Source: Geosiphon pyriformis uo1
Taxonomy: Eukaryota > Fungi > Glomeromycota
Direction of reading: 5' to 3'
NCBI GenBank assembly: GCA_016748015.1
Contig: JAAOMT010000057.1
Span: 80,763-144,762 of the forward strand
Length of the DNA stretch: 64,000 nt
The first letter of the stretch is position 1; the number at the start of each line of letters is the position of its first letter. Below the pieces are notes generated by a model, which did not search any database, was not told where the DNA came from, and saw only the letters and a list, made by a program, of their open reading frames with translations. Positions 1 to 12,700 of this stretch are shown here, in pieces. The position numbers and the translations under genes were made by a program.

Positions 1-330
1 CTGTCCATCGGGTTTGTTTTGCATTCAGCTGGGTGTTTTTGTTTTGAAGCCATTTAAGTCCAATATTATCAGTGATAATATCAAATTCTTTGGGTCTGAG
101 GTAAAAGTTGAAGTGATGTAGGGCCCAGATTACTGCTGCGGTTTCTAATTCTGTTGCGGGGTAGTTTTTTTTGGCTGGCTTTAATGTTCTACTAGCATAA
201 GCAATTACTCGCTCATTTCCATTGTCATCTAACTGTAATAGGATGGCACCAAAGGCAGTATAAGAGGCGTCAGTTGCTAACCAGAATCAGTTGCTGAAAT
301 CTGAGTAGGCGAGGATTGGAGCTGTTGTGA
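1..330 (-). pseudogene. RNase H domain of A1
   Basis: ATDASYTAFGAILLQ, VIAYASRTLKPA..NYPATELETAAVIWA and ITDNIGLKWL on the minus strand. Confidence 0.88.
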
Positions 331-1311
331 GTTTTTCCTTAAGTATCTCAAAGGCATTTTGGTGTTCTTCTGTCCATTTGTATTCAACATTTTTAGTAGT
401 GAGCTGGTTGAGGAGTTTTGCAATTTCTGAGAATCCTTTGATGAATTTTCAGTAATAGGATGCTAATCCAATAAATCCTCTTAATTCTGTGGTATTTCGT
501 GGAGTCTTAAAGTTCTTGACAGTACTGATTTTTCTGGGGTCTGGTTTAATTCCATCTTTGCTAACAATGTGACCAAGAAAAGCTAAACTTGTTTTTTTGA
601 AGTAGCATTTTTCAATGTTCAATTTCAATCCTGCTTTCTGTAATCATTGAAAAACTTCTCGCAGGTGACTTAAATGTAGCTCGAAAGATGGTGAATAAAC
701 ATCAGTGTTATCAAGATAAACTACTATTGATTTCCAAAGAAGGCCTTTATAAACAACATCCATGAGTCTTTGGAATGTTGCTGGTGTATTGCATAATTTG
801 AAAGGCATTACATTGAATTCATAATTCCTCCTTGAGTGGTGAATGCTGTTTTGGGGCGGTCTTTGGGATCCATAGCAACTTGCCAGTATTCACTCTCTAA
901 ATCTAATGTCGAAAAGTATTTGGACTTTCCAAGGGCATTCAACATGTCATTAATTCGGGGAAAAGGGTAGGCATCCCCAATAGTGACACTGTTGAGTTGT
1001 CGGTAATCAACACAAAATCGTATCTTTCCATTTTTCTTTTTAACTAGAACCACAGGTGAGGCCCATGGGCTCATTGATGGTTGAATAAGCCCATTGTTAA
1101 GCATCCGTTGTACTTCTTCTCGGATAAATTGGTGACTTTCTGGAGCAACTTGGTAGGCTTGTTGTCGCCTGGGTTTGGCATCTTCTGTATAGATTTGGTG
1201 TTGAACCAAATCAGTTCTTCCTAAGTCATTGTTGTTTTCGGTGAAAATATCAGCAAATTCTGCAATTAGTTTTTTGAGCTGGGTCTGTTGTTGTAATTCA
1301 AGTTGTCCCAT
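330..1311 (-). pseudogene. pol: Reverse transcriptase domain (frameshift near 820)
   Basis: SPWASPVVLVKKKNGKIRFCVDYRQLN, FSTLDL and KTAFTT. After the frameshift: YEFNVMPF, then VYLDN (YxDD mutated) at ~710. Confidence 0.93.
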
Positions 1312-1749
1312 GTTGATTCAAGATAGTTTTTCCATGACAACATGGTAGTTTTCAGAGCTAGGATTTGGGTTGATTTTCAGTAGTGAATGTCCAATAATTT
1401 TAGAGAAATTGGGGACTGTTTGGGGTAATTCTTGTTGAAATATATTACTGTGAATAACTCCAATTTCTAAATTATTTAATAAAATTATGGGGTAATTATT
1501 GGGGTTGTAAAAAGTAACTTAGACTTTTTTTGTTCCTTCTGGAATATAAATGTTTGGGATCAAAATATTATGTTCCAAGCAGACTTGTTCATTGGACTCA
1601 AAAATTTGTTGTGTAGTTGTTGGCTTTGTGCAAGTGTAGATTTCTGGATGTTCTCCAAAGGGTGAGATGATAATCGGTTGTGGAAGTCTGAGAATTTGGT
1701 GGGATTTGTTCTGTGTGTTAAGAGCTATATTAACTGGAACTGTGAATCG

Positions 1750-2180
1750 TCCAGTTGAACCAAAACCTTGGGTTCCTCTATTACTTTTTCCTAATTGTTC
1801 TCTTTGATTGACTAGTTGCAAACCCGAAATGTTGATTAAGGGTAGGTAAATAGCTTGGGCAATTTTTTCAGCATGTTCGATCTTGAATGGTTTGTCAGTT
1901 TCATTTTGAAACATCACTGTTATGTCTTTAGTATATCCAGCATCGATAATTCCTCCTTTGACATTGATTCTTTTGCTTGCCAGAGAGGACCGGAAGGCGA
2001 TTTGAACCATTGCTCCTGACGGGATTTCGAGTGCAATTTTGAGGTTGATTTTTGTGAGAGATTTGGGTTTGAGAACAAGAGTATCCTTGCCTGAATATCT
2101 TAGGTCATATCCAGCATCAATTTTGTGTGTTTTTTCAGGTTTTATTCCTTGTCCGTTGTTGTTGAAGTATTTAAGTTGTA
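1750..2180 (-). CDS. dut: Trimeric dUTPase domain within Pol
   Basis: All five motifs present: AGYDL, RSS, GIIDAGY, KIAQ and RGTQGFGSTG. Confidence 0.95.
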
Positions 2181-2289
2181 AGGCAGGCTGATTTTTAATA
2201 AGGTAGATGGGTGTTGTTTCAATTTCTTCTATTTCTTCAGGTTCTTCAAATTCAATTTCATTTTCATCATTCTCGCTGGGCAAGGGGAT

Positions 2290-2905
2290 AATAAAAGCAT
2301 AGCATTCAGGACACCACTGTTCATTGCAAGGCATAATGCATTCTTCACATAGCCTAATGTTCATGTGCTCTAATCGTTGAATTTGAGCTTCTTGAGTCGG
2401 ATAGGTGTAACTTGCAATTTGGTGGTAGACTTCTACTTCATCTTCATAATCAAATCCAGCTAATTCCATAGTGTATTCAATGTATTCTGCTTCTTTCATT
2501 TGATGAACATCTTCTTTGGTAGCTCTATTAATTAATGTCATTGCTAAGTCAAAAATCATCTTGGCATCATGAGGGTAGTGATAAAATTTGTTGAGAGCAC
2601 TATTGTATGCTGCATTAAAGGGTGTTCCTCTTTTTACTTTTTCTGAAATTGATAAAGCATATTGGCAGGTCTGATCGCAGACACCTTCTCTCATTGCTAC
2701 ATCAATCCAATTGCATTCTTCTAGTAGCATATCTCCACAAGTCAAACAAAGGGTGTTGTCCCATTTTCCGCTCCTTTTTATTAGATAGCCCCATCGCTCT
2801 CTGTGGCAAGTCTTGCAGTAATAACAAGTATGATTCTCATATTCTTCTTCAGGTGAAATGCAGGCTCCCATTGACGATAGTTTCTTGTGGCAGTCCTTAC
2901 ATTTA
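2290..2905 (-). other. Cys-rich domain of unknown function between PR and dUTPase
   Basis: CKDC, CYYCKTC, CLTC, CDQTC and LCEECIMPCNEQWCPEC in ORF 1519..3045. Homologous relics at ~22600-23300, ~30890-31530 and ~36190-36800. Confidence 0.75.
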
Positions 2906-3149
2906 AGGGGAATATAGGGACGTTGTTTTCTTGGTTTGGGTTTTGAGTAAGCTATATTCCATCCAGAGATTTCGGGTTTAGTGTGTGGGGTAAAATGTTC
3001 TTGTTCTGTTTCATCAGCCCAGTTGGACATTGATCCAAGAGCCATGAATGTTTCAATTATTGGTTTTTCTTCTTCTGGTTCAAATTCAAAAGCTGGGGCT
3101 TTTTCAGAACATTTGTTGAATGTACCACAAATAGCAGGTACTCGGGCAT

Positions 3150-3500
3150 GTTGTTCTTGGTAGGAGATTGTTAACTCTTGTGTTTCCCAATTCAGATTAG
3201 CATTGGCTTTTTGAAGCCAATCATTTCCGACGAGAGCTTGGTACTAGGGTGTGTCCATTATAAGAACTTTAACTAGAATGGTAATACCATCAAGAGTGAA
3301 TGGAAAATTGTCAATTTCTCCTACTGGTGTCTTTTTCATGCCATTGGCAGTGACAATTACTGTTTAAGCTGGTCGGTCGACATTTTTTTTTAACTGTTGC
3401 ATTAACTGGTAGGTAATAATGCTTCCGGCAGATCCACTGTCTAGGATCAAACGAATTGGCTTTCCTTTTACTTCAGCTTCTGCGTACATTGCAGTGATGG
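3150..3500 (-). pseudogene. Retropepsin aspartic protease domain
   Basis: LILDSGSAGSII catalytic motif. Continues past TAA 3364 to ALVGNDWLQK. Confidence 0.9.
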
Positions 3501-4050
3501 CTTTTTGCTTATTAGCCGCTGCATTGCTAAGCAAGAATGGTGATTCATTCGCTTCAAATTCAAAAGAAAAGATATCAGAGAGATTGGCATTTTCAGCAAT
3601 TCGGGCTGGTGGAATAGTGATGTGGTTATGAGAAGGGTTTTGTTGTTGTTGTGCTGCAGCTCTACCTTCTAAGGGTGCAGTATGGTGAAAATCCCATTCT
3701 TCCGGCATTGTTAAATAACTGAGTTAAGTGTGGTAATGGTTGGATCTTGGTTGAGTGGTATTTTGGGGAACTAATTGGTTGTTCGAATTGATTCTACTGT
3801 TGTTTACTTGGTATCAGTTTTGTGGTGTGAATTGATTTTGTGTAATCAGTCTTCGAGCAGGTACTTAATAATGTTGTGTGGGTGGTTGTTGGTATTGTTG
3901 TTGGATTGGTTGTGGAGTGGGCTGATAATAATTATTTTGGTATTGGGGTCTTGGTAGATAGTAAGCTGGTGGTAGTAATTGATAATAAGATTGCTGTGGT
4001 GGAGAGTAACATTGATTATCCCTATTTTGTTGGTCTCGTTGCAGCTTTCT

Positions 4051-5577
4051 GCAATCTCTTTTCCAGTGGCCAGAGATTCCACAGTAATGGCAATTCTAGT
4101 GCTGGTTATTGGAAAGTGGTGCAAAGTTATTTTGATTTCATCTTTGGGGTGGTTGATATCTTTGGGGTTGTTGTTGTTGTTGTTGATTGGTAAAATAGTT
4201 TTTGACTTTCTTTGTAAGTTGGTCAATTTTTTCCTCAGCTGCTGAGCTGGGTTCTCTAATTGCCAAATTTACAAGTTTTGTACAATTGGCTTCTTCCATG
4301 GCCATTTCGTATCTTTTTGCATGCTGTATGGCAGAGTTTAAATCTTCTGGCACGTGTGGGCAAACCTTTTTAATTAGTTTATCTTTTAGACCAGTGATAA
4401 ATTGATCCAAGATTTGAGCATCAGAATAATAATCGTTTGTCTCGAGTTGGTGAATCCGTCTGAGAAGTTTGTTGAATTTCCCAATATAAGTCATAACGGA
4501 TTTGGAGGGTTCTTGTTTAATATTTCGAAAACAATTGCGAAGAGTGATGGAGGTATTATTGTTGGTGAACTGTTCAAGGAAGGCTGCTTTGAAAGCATTC
4601 CAATCATTGAATGGGGCTGCAAGGTTTTCAAACCATTCTCCTGCTGTTCCTTTGAGAAAGTAGGGAATTGTTCTTAACATTCTGGCAGCGTTCCATCCAT
4701 TTGCATCTCCAGCTTTAGTAACTTGGTCGAGCCATTCTTGGGGACTGGTCTCAATATCTTCTCCATTGAATTCAGGGATTTTTGTGATGTATGTTGTCAT
4801 TTCGTCTTCTTCGTTTTCACTGTCTATTGATTCTTCTTTAGTTATTTCAGAGTTGTTTTCTTTATTTGCTGCTGTCTCAGAGTGTTCACTTTGATTTTCA
4901 GCTAGAAAATCAAGGAGATTGGAACTAGTTTGAAGGAGTTCTTGTTGTCTGGTGGGACTTCTGAGTGATGTAAAATCTTCTGATCTTGCAAATCGATTCA
5001 AGGGTGAATTAGGTGTTTGTGCTTGTGCAAGTGAAGCTAGAAAAGGTGTGATAGTAAGTGGAAGTTTTGAGCTGGTTCCTTGTTTAGGTGTTTGTAAATG
5101 TTTGGCAGTTGTTTTTGGTAGTGTTGGGGTATTTGGGGTGGTTCTTGAATATTGCTTTAATTTGTTTTTGCCTTTGTTGCTTGTTTCTGTTTCCAATTCA
5201 AAATCAATAGTGTATTGAGACTGCACTGGATATGTTTCTTCACAGTATTTGATAATGTTATAATTAAGTTCGTGAAAGTAAGTGACAAGTATTTCACTAT
5301 TAAGGTCTTCAGTTCTCAACTGTGAATAGTGTGCTAAATTATTGTAAAGGTTGCTTCTAACTTCTGAGATATTGTAATTTCCAAAAAGATAATTGTTGAT
5401 GCAGTTTTCAATGTATTGATATACTGATTTCTTGACAATTTCAATTCCGTCTGGAATGTTGAATCTTTGCTTGCAATGGGTGTAAATTGATTGGTAATAC
5501 TCTAGAGTTGTTGTGTCTGGTGTGGTCGCTACTTTGAATTTTGTTTTTGCTGTGTTATTTCCGTGGGAGAGCACCAA
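4051..5577 (-). pseudogene. gag: Gag (N-terminal extension, capsid, CX2CX4HX4C nucleocapsid)
   Basis: Capsid-like segment IPEFNGED...WLDQV...ANGWN...FLKGTAGEWF. Knuckle CHYCGISGHWKRDC at 4051-4092, in frame past the TGA at 4138. Confidence 0.9.
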
Positions 5578-5578
5578 A
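5561..5578 (-). promoter_or_regulatory. Primer-binding site (TTTGGTGCTCTCCCACGG)
   Basis: Directly follows the LTR end. TGG is complementary to tRNA CCA-3'. The same motif follows the LTRs at 26290 and 33589, and a degenerate version follows at 27945. tRNA identity not assigned. Confidence 0.85.
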
Positions 5579-6538
5579 TGTTACCGGAGGTTTTTGGTCT
5601 CTTTTCTGTAATGTTGTTGATATTTATTTGCTGTGAATTCATGTTTTCTGGATGTGGTTGAACCTCCAGTAACTGAATTTATCTTCAAATTATCTCCTAT
5701 AATTTGAACTTGCTGGGCTTATGAGTGGAATGGCCAATTCCATGCCAATTGCTTTATGTAGTTACGTTGTAGTAAACGTTAACTCTTTCCCAGAAATTGC
5801 TCGTCTGGAAGCTCACTAAAAAATGTGTAGTTACTTTGCTGTAAAAGTTAACTCTTCTACAGGAATCTCATCTGTAGGTTACTCTAATGAATATGATAAG
5901 AAAATAAAAGAAAATAAAAAAAATGTAAAAGAAATAGAATTTTATCAAGGGAAACATTTTCTATCCAGGTCTGGAGTCACTAACAGTTTACTGAAATTGG
6001 TAGCTAATCAATTTCAAAACATTAGTTGGGTTTTGGGAATTTTTTCAAGTACAATAATTAAAGAATTTGGTTTTTCGAATTATTTGATATTTATTTCTTT
6101 TTGTGTGTATAGGAACGGTTCTAAGTGATAAATCCAAAGTAAGATACATTTTCTCGAAGAGAGAAGCTCTTCTTTTATACAACTTGTTGTAACACTATTC
6201 TATGAACTTGAACTTTGCTATTTTCTATGATTTCGCTGAACTAAAGATACATTTCGGCGAACTACAAGTTATTTCGGTGAACTATCAATTATTTCGGCGA
6301 ATTTCTACAAATTTCGGCGAACTTCTGAATGTTATATAGTTCGGGGTATTGCATGATTGATCATCGCAATTAGGTTACATTTGTGTTGTGTACAATTTGA
6401 GTTATTAATTAAATGATAATTTCAGACATTTTTGCTAATGTAATAAGTGATTATTTGAAACGATAATATATGCCAATTAATGATAGGAATTATAAGATAA
6501 TTTCATGCTAATAATATCTCTAATTTCATCTGGTAACA
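5579..6538 (-). repeat. 5' LTR of A1 (960 bp)
   Basis: Termini TGTTACC...GGTAACA form a perfect 7-bp inverted repeat. Homologous to 25329-26289, 32647-33588 and 40820-41694. Confidence 0.93.
6231..6321. repeat. Five ~20-bp-period repeats with core TTTCGGCGAA inside LTR U3
   Basis: Cores start at 6231, 6252, 6272, 6292 and 6312. Confidence 0.85.
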
Positions 6539-8668
6539 ACAGACCAACCAAATCTTGTCCCTAAAGGCAAGACACAAGTTATGCACAAATTTCACAATCT
6601 TTTGACCAGCTATTTTGGCATCTCCAAAGACAAACACAGCTTTCTGGAGCCAATCCTTAAAAACAAAGCCCTTGTAAAGAGCTGTGCAAACTATGACATT
6701 TGAAGCACAGGAAGACAAAAGTTGAGAAACACTTGAAGAGGAGGCGGAATGAACAGAAAGAAGACTCCAAGCAGTGGCGTGAGCATCCAACAAATAACAA
6801 TGAACAGAATTATCTACCGTGCAAGAAAAGGCATGGTCAGAAATCTCAACTTCACCACAATACAAACACAGCACACTGGGATAACATCTGTTATTAAATT
6901 GTTTCCAAACAGCAACCAGCAACCAATAATGTAGGGCTTTCATGAAATATGTGTGAACACCAGCTGTAGATCTGCTAGTGAAGCCAGCAGCCATATGCAA
7001 GTCTGAATGTTACACCAATGACGACCTAAACCAATCAACATCCAAATGCAGACTGTTATCCGAAACTCTAGAACCTGAACCAATCTTTCAATGTGCACGT
7101 TGAATAAACTAAAAGACCTTATGAACAAAATGTCTAAAATTACCAGAAACAACATTTCCATTAGCCAAAATATAATGTTCATTCACACACAGAATAAGAT
7201 ACCAGGGAGAAAGAGAAGCTGCATTGGCAAATGCATTAGCATATTTATTGTTTATGACACCCAAATGGCTCCACACTTTGTGCCAGCTGATACTCAAATC
7301 CTTTTTTCTAATAATGTTTACAATGTGTTAATGCTCAACCCAACAGTAATTCCTAAAATCCAGATAAATTAAACCTAATTCTGATTTGCAAGCATTCAAG
7401 ACAGCCTGATTGTCCGAATAGATACCAACCAAGCTATTAGAAAGAACACACTCAAAAGCCAATGTGATGGTCTGCAATTTAGCCAAAGTAGAAGACATCA
7501 AACCAGAAACTCTGACTCCCAAATCCAAGCTTATATTTTTAAAAAAAACTGCAGCACTAGCTCTCATGTTAACACTCCTTAATTTCTTCAGAAATCCATC
7601 CATATAAACAGAAAGACTGTCAGTCTTGAGATTCAGCAATTAATTAGAAATCAGTCTATACTTACTAGATTCCAAAATATCCAAATGCTCAGTACCAACT
7701 ACAGAAGAAAAATGGGCAGAGAAAGAGGCTACACTATCAAAAAAAGCAATAGAAAGCCTAAATCATTCAGAAACAGGTCCATGTAGGTCCAGTCTTTTCC
7801 AATGCTTGAATGTTCTCTAATCAAAAACAGCTCCATTTTTACAGCAAAGCTGTTCAACAAAAGCAATACCATATCTCTGAAAGAATAGAAGAAATCCAAA
7901 GTAATCAGACCTGTTAAAAACAGATGACATGGGAGTACTACCATGAAAATGGAAAGCATTGTTCACTTGACCATCCAGAGATATACCACATCCAAGAAAA
8001 ACATGAACCACACCTGCTAAAAAATTATTAGAAACACTGACTTTAATACAAACTGGAGACACTAAAGGGTGAAGTGGGCTCCAGAACAGAACCTGCAAGT
8101 CATAAGACCTGTGTAAAAACAAATGACCCAAAATCCCAACAGAGTTTGCAAAGCACACAATAGAAGCAACTTTGCTTTCAGCTTGGACCTGCTCAAAAGT
8201 TTTTAAGCCATACAATGAGAGATAACAAAACACGTCATTGGGAAAATTAAGAGATAAACTGGACTTCAGCTTTAAGCCCCTGCAAATTAAAGAATTTTAC
8301 TTATTGCACATACTAATAGAAACAAAGCTGAACTGCATTCTATAGCTAACAATGGGGTAGAGAACTGCTGACACAAGATACGAAAACTACTTATCAGAAA
8401 TGGCCTTTTTTAGAACCAGATTGGCAAAAAATTTGACATCAGCATCTGCCTTAGTCAGACTAGGCCTCGACAAACCCTCAGATGACAGAAAAATTCTCAG
8501 GTATTGATGAGACTCTTCTTTCTTGGCAATAAAAATAGGTGAACTATTGATAGACAAATTAGAACATACTACTTTGCAATTAATAGGAATTGCCACTATT
8601 TTGTTATTGTTAATAGAAATGTCATTAATCCGAAAAAATTCATTAGCAACATCAAGAATGTGTTGAAT
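6539..8668 (-). mobile_element. 5'-truncated LINE (RT C-terminus, RNase H, C-terminal CCHC) interrupted by A1
   Basis: Fragments homologous to 42383-44890: YGLKTFEQVQAESK, VYMDGFL (YTDGSL), SSTLAKL, YSDNQA and CLYCGEVEISDHAFSC. Its ORF runs straight into the LTR at 6538. Confidence 0.88.
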
Positions 8669-9779
8669 TTTAAATATTTATCACAAAATTTTTTAATAAT
8701 TTATTAAAATATTAATTATTAATAATAAAATTTAATTCAATAAACTTAATATTAATTTTATATTAAAATAAATAATTATTTATACAATCCAATTTTTTTT
8801 TGTAAAATAACAATAATTTAGGCTTTGTGTGATAATATATAAGCATTAAAACAAAAAAAGTTATTTATTTTTTAGTATTAATTAAAAAATTTAAATCTAA
8901 TTAATTATTTAATTAAAAAGAAAATATAAAATAAAGAATGATAAATCTGAATTTTAAAACTAATTAGACTAATATAAATTAATTTTAATATTGTAATTCT
9001 GTTTATTAAATACTAAATATTAGTAATTGATTCATATATTTTGAGATTTTGAAATAATAATTTAAAGTATAAATATAATACTTTTATTTATTTAGTTATT
9101 ATTTTTTTATTTTTAATCATATAAATATTAAATATTTTTGTATATACATATATAATTAATTTTTTTAACTTAATTATTTTTTTAAATTAAAAATCTTGGT
9201 ATAAAATAATTAAAACAATAATATTACTTAAATTTTGTCATAATTCTAAAGATTAAACACTTAAATATTATTTTTGTTTATTTTTAATATTAATCAAACT
9301 TCATATTTATTTATTTTTTTATTTATTTTGTTTATTTACTATCACTATTATAAATTGAATTGTTCTTAAAGCTATTGTTATTTTAATATAACTAAAATTG
9401 CCAAACTAATTATTATTTTTATTTGTTTTTTGTCAATTTTATATTCCTTTCTTTTGTTAATAACTATAAAATTTAAGATATTTATTATCTTGGCCTTTTA
9501 TAAATATCTTAATCTTTATGAATTTTATTTTTTATAAAATAAAAAATATTTTTATTATTAAAACAAACAGTTATCAATTAAATATATAATAAATTTTTAT
9601 TTTAAAAATACAGATTTTAATAAAATAAATTAAAAAAAAATATTTATTATATTTTATTATTATTAAAAATAAATATATATGTATAATTTTTTGTCATAAA
9701 TTTTTTAAATTAAAATTATAACTATTATTGTAAAATTATATTTATATTATTAACTATTTTTTTATTTTTATTTTAATTT

Positions 9780-12700
9780 AAAAAAAAACTTTTTTTTTTG
9801 TTTATTTCAATAATTATTAAAGAGTTTTAAATTTTATTAAAGAAGTTTTTTTAGTTACTCATTTTAATTATTTAGTTTAATATATCTAAATCAGTTTTGC
9901 TTAATTATAAAGCTACTAATAGTTTTAGTATTGTTATTATAAGAAAGTTTGTTAAGAATTCTGGTTCTAATACTGCCAACAGAAATGTTTTTTTTAAAAA
10001 AAAGAAAAAAAATGCTTTAAAAGATAGTGTTATTAACAGAAAAAATTCTACCAAAAAATTAATTAATGGCTCTTAGAGTTTTAAGACTAGTAATATTATT
10101 GAATTTAATAGTATTAATATAGAAAAAGAGTTTTTAATAAAAAAACCAGTATAAATTATAGTAAAAAGCATGTTTTAAATAGAAAAAATTTAAATTAAAT
10201 GCCAAAAAAGTTTAGATTAATAACCAAAAAAATCTTTGACATACTTTTAAAGAAAATTAATTTTCTAAATAATAATAATAGTAATGTTTTCTTAAATAAT
10301 TTTGTTATTCTTTTTTCTTTTTAAGAATCTAATTCAAATTACAGTTAGAAAATTTTTTGCTTTAGATATTAGTTTAAATGCTATAGTTGAAAAATTTTCT
10401 TAAAAAAAGTTGAAAGTTGTAAAAAAATTGTTTGTTAATATTAATAGTTTTGAAAAAACTTCTACTTTCTCAAAATTTGCTAAGATTATTCAAGTATTAT
10501 TTATTTTTAAATCAAGCTTGACATAAGCAACAAAAAGAACAAAAACTGCAAATATTTTAATAAACACCAATTTTAAAAAATTATTTGTGTGCTTAGATTG
10601 AACTATAATTATAAAAAAAATTTCAGTAAGAACATTTATGAAGACTATGCATATTGTACTGTTTGGATTTAAAGTTATTAAGTTAATTAAAATATAATTA
10701 GTGAAATTATGGCAAAAAACAATCATAAAATTGAAATAATCAGATTATGCTAATTTGGCTGTAGTAAAATTGTTTATCTTAATTGAAAAAAATGCAATGT
10801 AAATTGTTAAAGCTAATAAAAACAAAAAAACATTAAATGCAAAAGACTATAATAGATTACTGTTTTATATTTTTTTTATAAAAACAAATATTTATAATTT
10901 CTAAGACTTTTTAGACTTTGTTAATGAGAAAACATGTATTATAGATTATTATCCAATTATATATAAACTCAAATCAGATATATTATAGTATGCTTCAATT
11001 TAGAATCTTTATTGGATGCTATTGTAAAAACTATATTAGTATTAAAAAATGTTAATTTGTATTGGTTTTGTTTGAATTTGGTCAAGTATGCCAAATATAA
11101 AAAATTGAATTACATATTAATTGGCTGTACTGTTAATAAAAATTTTTTTTAAGTAGTTTTCTTTGTAAAATCTTGTTAATATCAAATAAATACAGATTTA
11201 TTATTATTTATACCAAATAGTTGACCTTTATTGTTTGTTTTGTTTTATTTAGTAATGTTTTTTGAATAAAAGTTGTTAATAGTATTATGGGTAAACTTGG
11301 CAATATAGAGCAATAATATTTGGTGCTCAAGATTTTGGGTTTTTAGGGAGTTTTTGATGATTTTCTTTTGGTAGACTTGTTTGTTGTGTTAGTATTATCA
11401 GTCTTTGAAGGTTTTTTAGATTATTATAAATTTACTCACAGAGTTTTTTGGTTATAAGGCACAGAGAAATGTTTTGTAGTGTTACAACTTTTTGTATGTA
11501 AATATGAGCTATCTTCTCCAAGTTAACAAATGCAGTTATTAGGGTTTAATGGTGTTTTTTTGTCTTTCTGGTAAGCTATTAAGATAATGTTAATATCCAA
11601 ACTTAAAGAAAGCCTCTCTTTTTTACCAGGCTATTACAAAATTTATTCTCAGACAGTTAATTTTTCTATGTTGCTGCTTTACAAAAGAAGATAAAGAAAG
11701 AAAATAAAAGAAAGAAAATAAAAGAAAGAAAATAAAATAAAATAAAATAAAATAAAATAAAAAAAGATGAATTAATATCATCAATTGCTGTAATCAAAAG
11801 TGATTGGTCCAGTTATTAAGAGTTCAAGGCATTTATATTAAGAATATTTGTCTTAAAATGAAAGTATGAAACAAGAATTAGTTTAATTTAAACATGAAAT
11901 GATTGATAACCATATATTGATAATTTTGTGGTTTTTTCAAATAAGTCTTTTTATTTTTTTTTATAAAATATAATAATTATAAAGAAAAAAAAAATTTGAT
12001 TCTTGTCTAAATGTTTTTCTAACTTCTATAACTGTTTATTTTTATACATTTTTTTTGTTTTACAGAATTGTTTTTTATTGTTTTGTTCTTGTTAGCTATT
12101 GCTTCACTATTTTTGTTATCACTTTATTTTTCTACATTATTTCTAGTTATTTTATGTTTTAATTAATTATTTTGTACTATAACATGTTATCGAGTTTTGT
12201 ATTATATTATCTTAAGTTATTATGTATTATTTTGTATTCTTTTGTGTTATCTTGTGTTATTTTATGTCATCACATTTTTGGTCACATTTTCTCTATAACT
12301 TTGAATTGGTTTTTCTACTTGAGTAACAGTGGTTTTTTTATTTTTTTTTATTTTTGTGTAATAATTTTTCAAAAGTTGACTTATTTTTGAAAATAAAGTT
12401 TTTTCACTGGTTATAATAAAAGTAAATAATAGATTTTCTGTTCTTAAACATAGTTTTATTAGCTTTATAAATCAAATTAATAAGTTAATTAGAAAGTTAG
12501 ATGCACTTAAATCAACAGTTTTTTAACTTAGTCTTAAATATTAGTTGTTAGTGACTTTTTTGTTATAAAATTATAGAATGAATATAGTAATAAATAAAAG
12601 TTTAAGTGTAGTTATTAATAATAAAACTGTTATAAAAGTAGTGTTTTTTGATTTATTAGTTATCTTTAAAATAGAAGATAATATAAACAATCTGTCAAAT

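Larger units (their letters stand above)
1..6538 (-). mobile_element. Ty3/gypsy LTR retrotransposon family A, young copy A1 (3' part runs off the window start)
   Basis: On the minus strand: 5' LTR 5579-6538, PBS, Gag with CCHC knuckle, aspartic protease, Cys-rich domain, dUTPase, RT and RNase H. ORF pieces 5577/3708/3045/1311 are all in one frame, broken by point stops. Confidence 0.96.

Noticed and set aside
3775-4245. Hydrophobic plus-strand ORFs as membrane or env proteins
   Set aside because: They are the antisense shadow of the Gln/Asn/Pro-rich gag tail.
6231-6321. CRISPR-like repeat-spacer array
   Set aside because: Cores and spacers are only ~10 bp, lie inside a eukaryotic LTR, and there are no cas genes.
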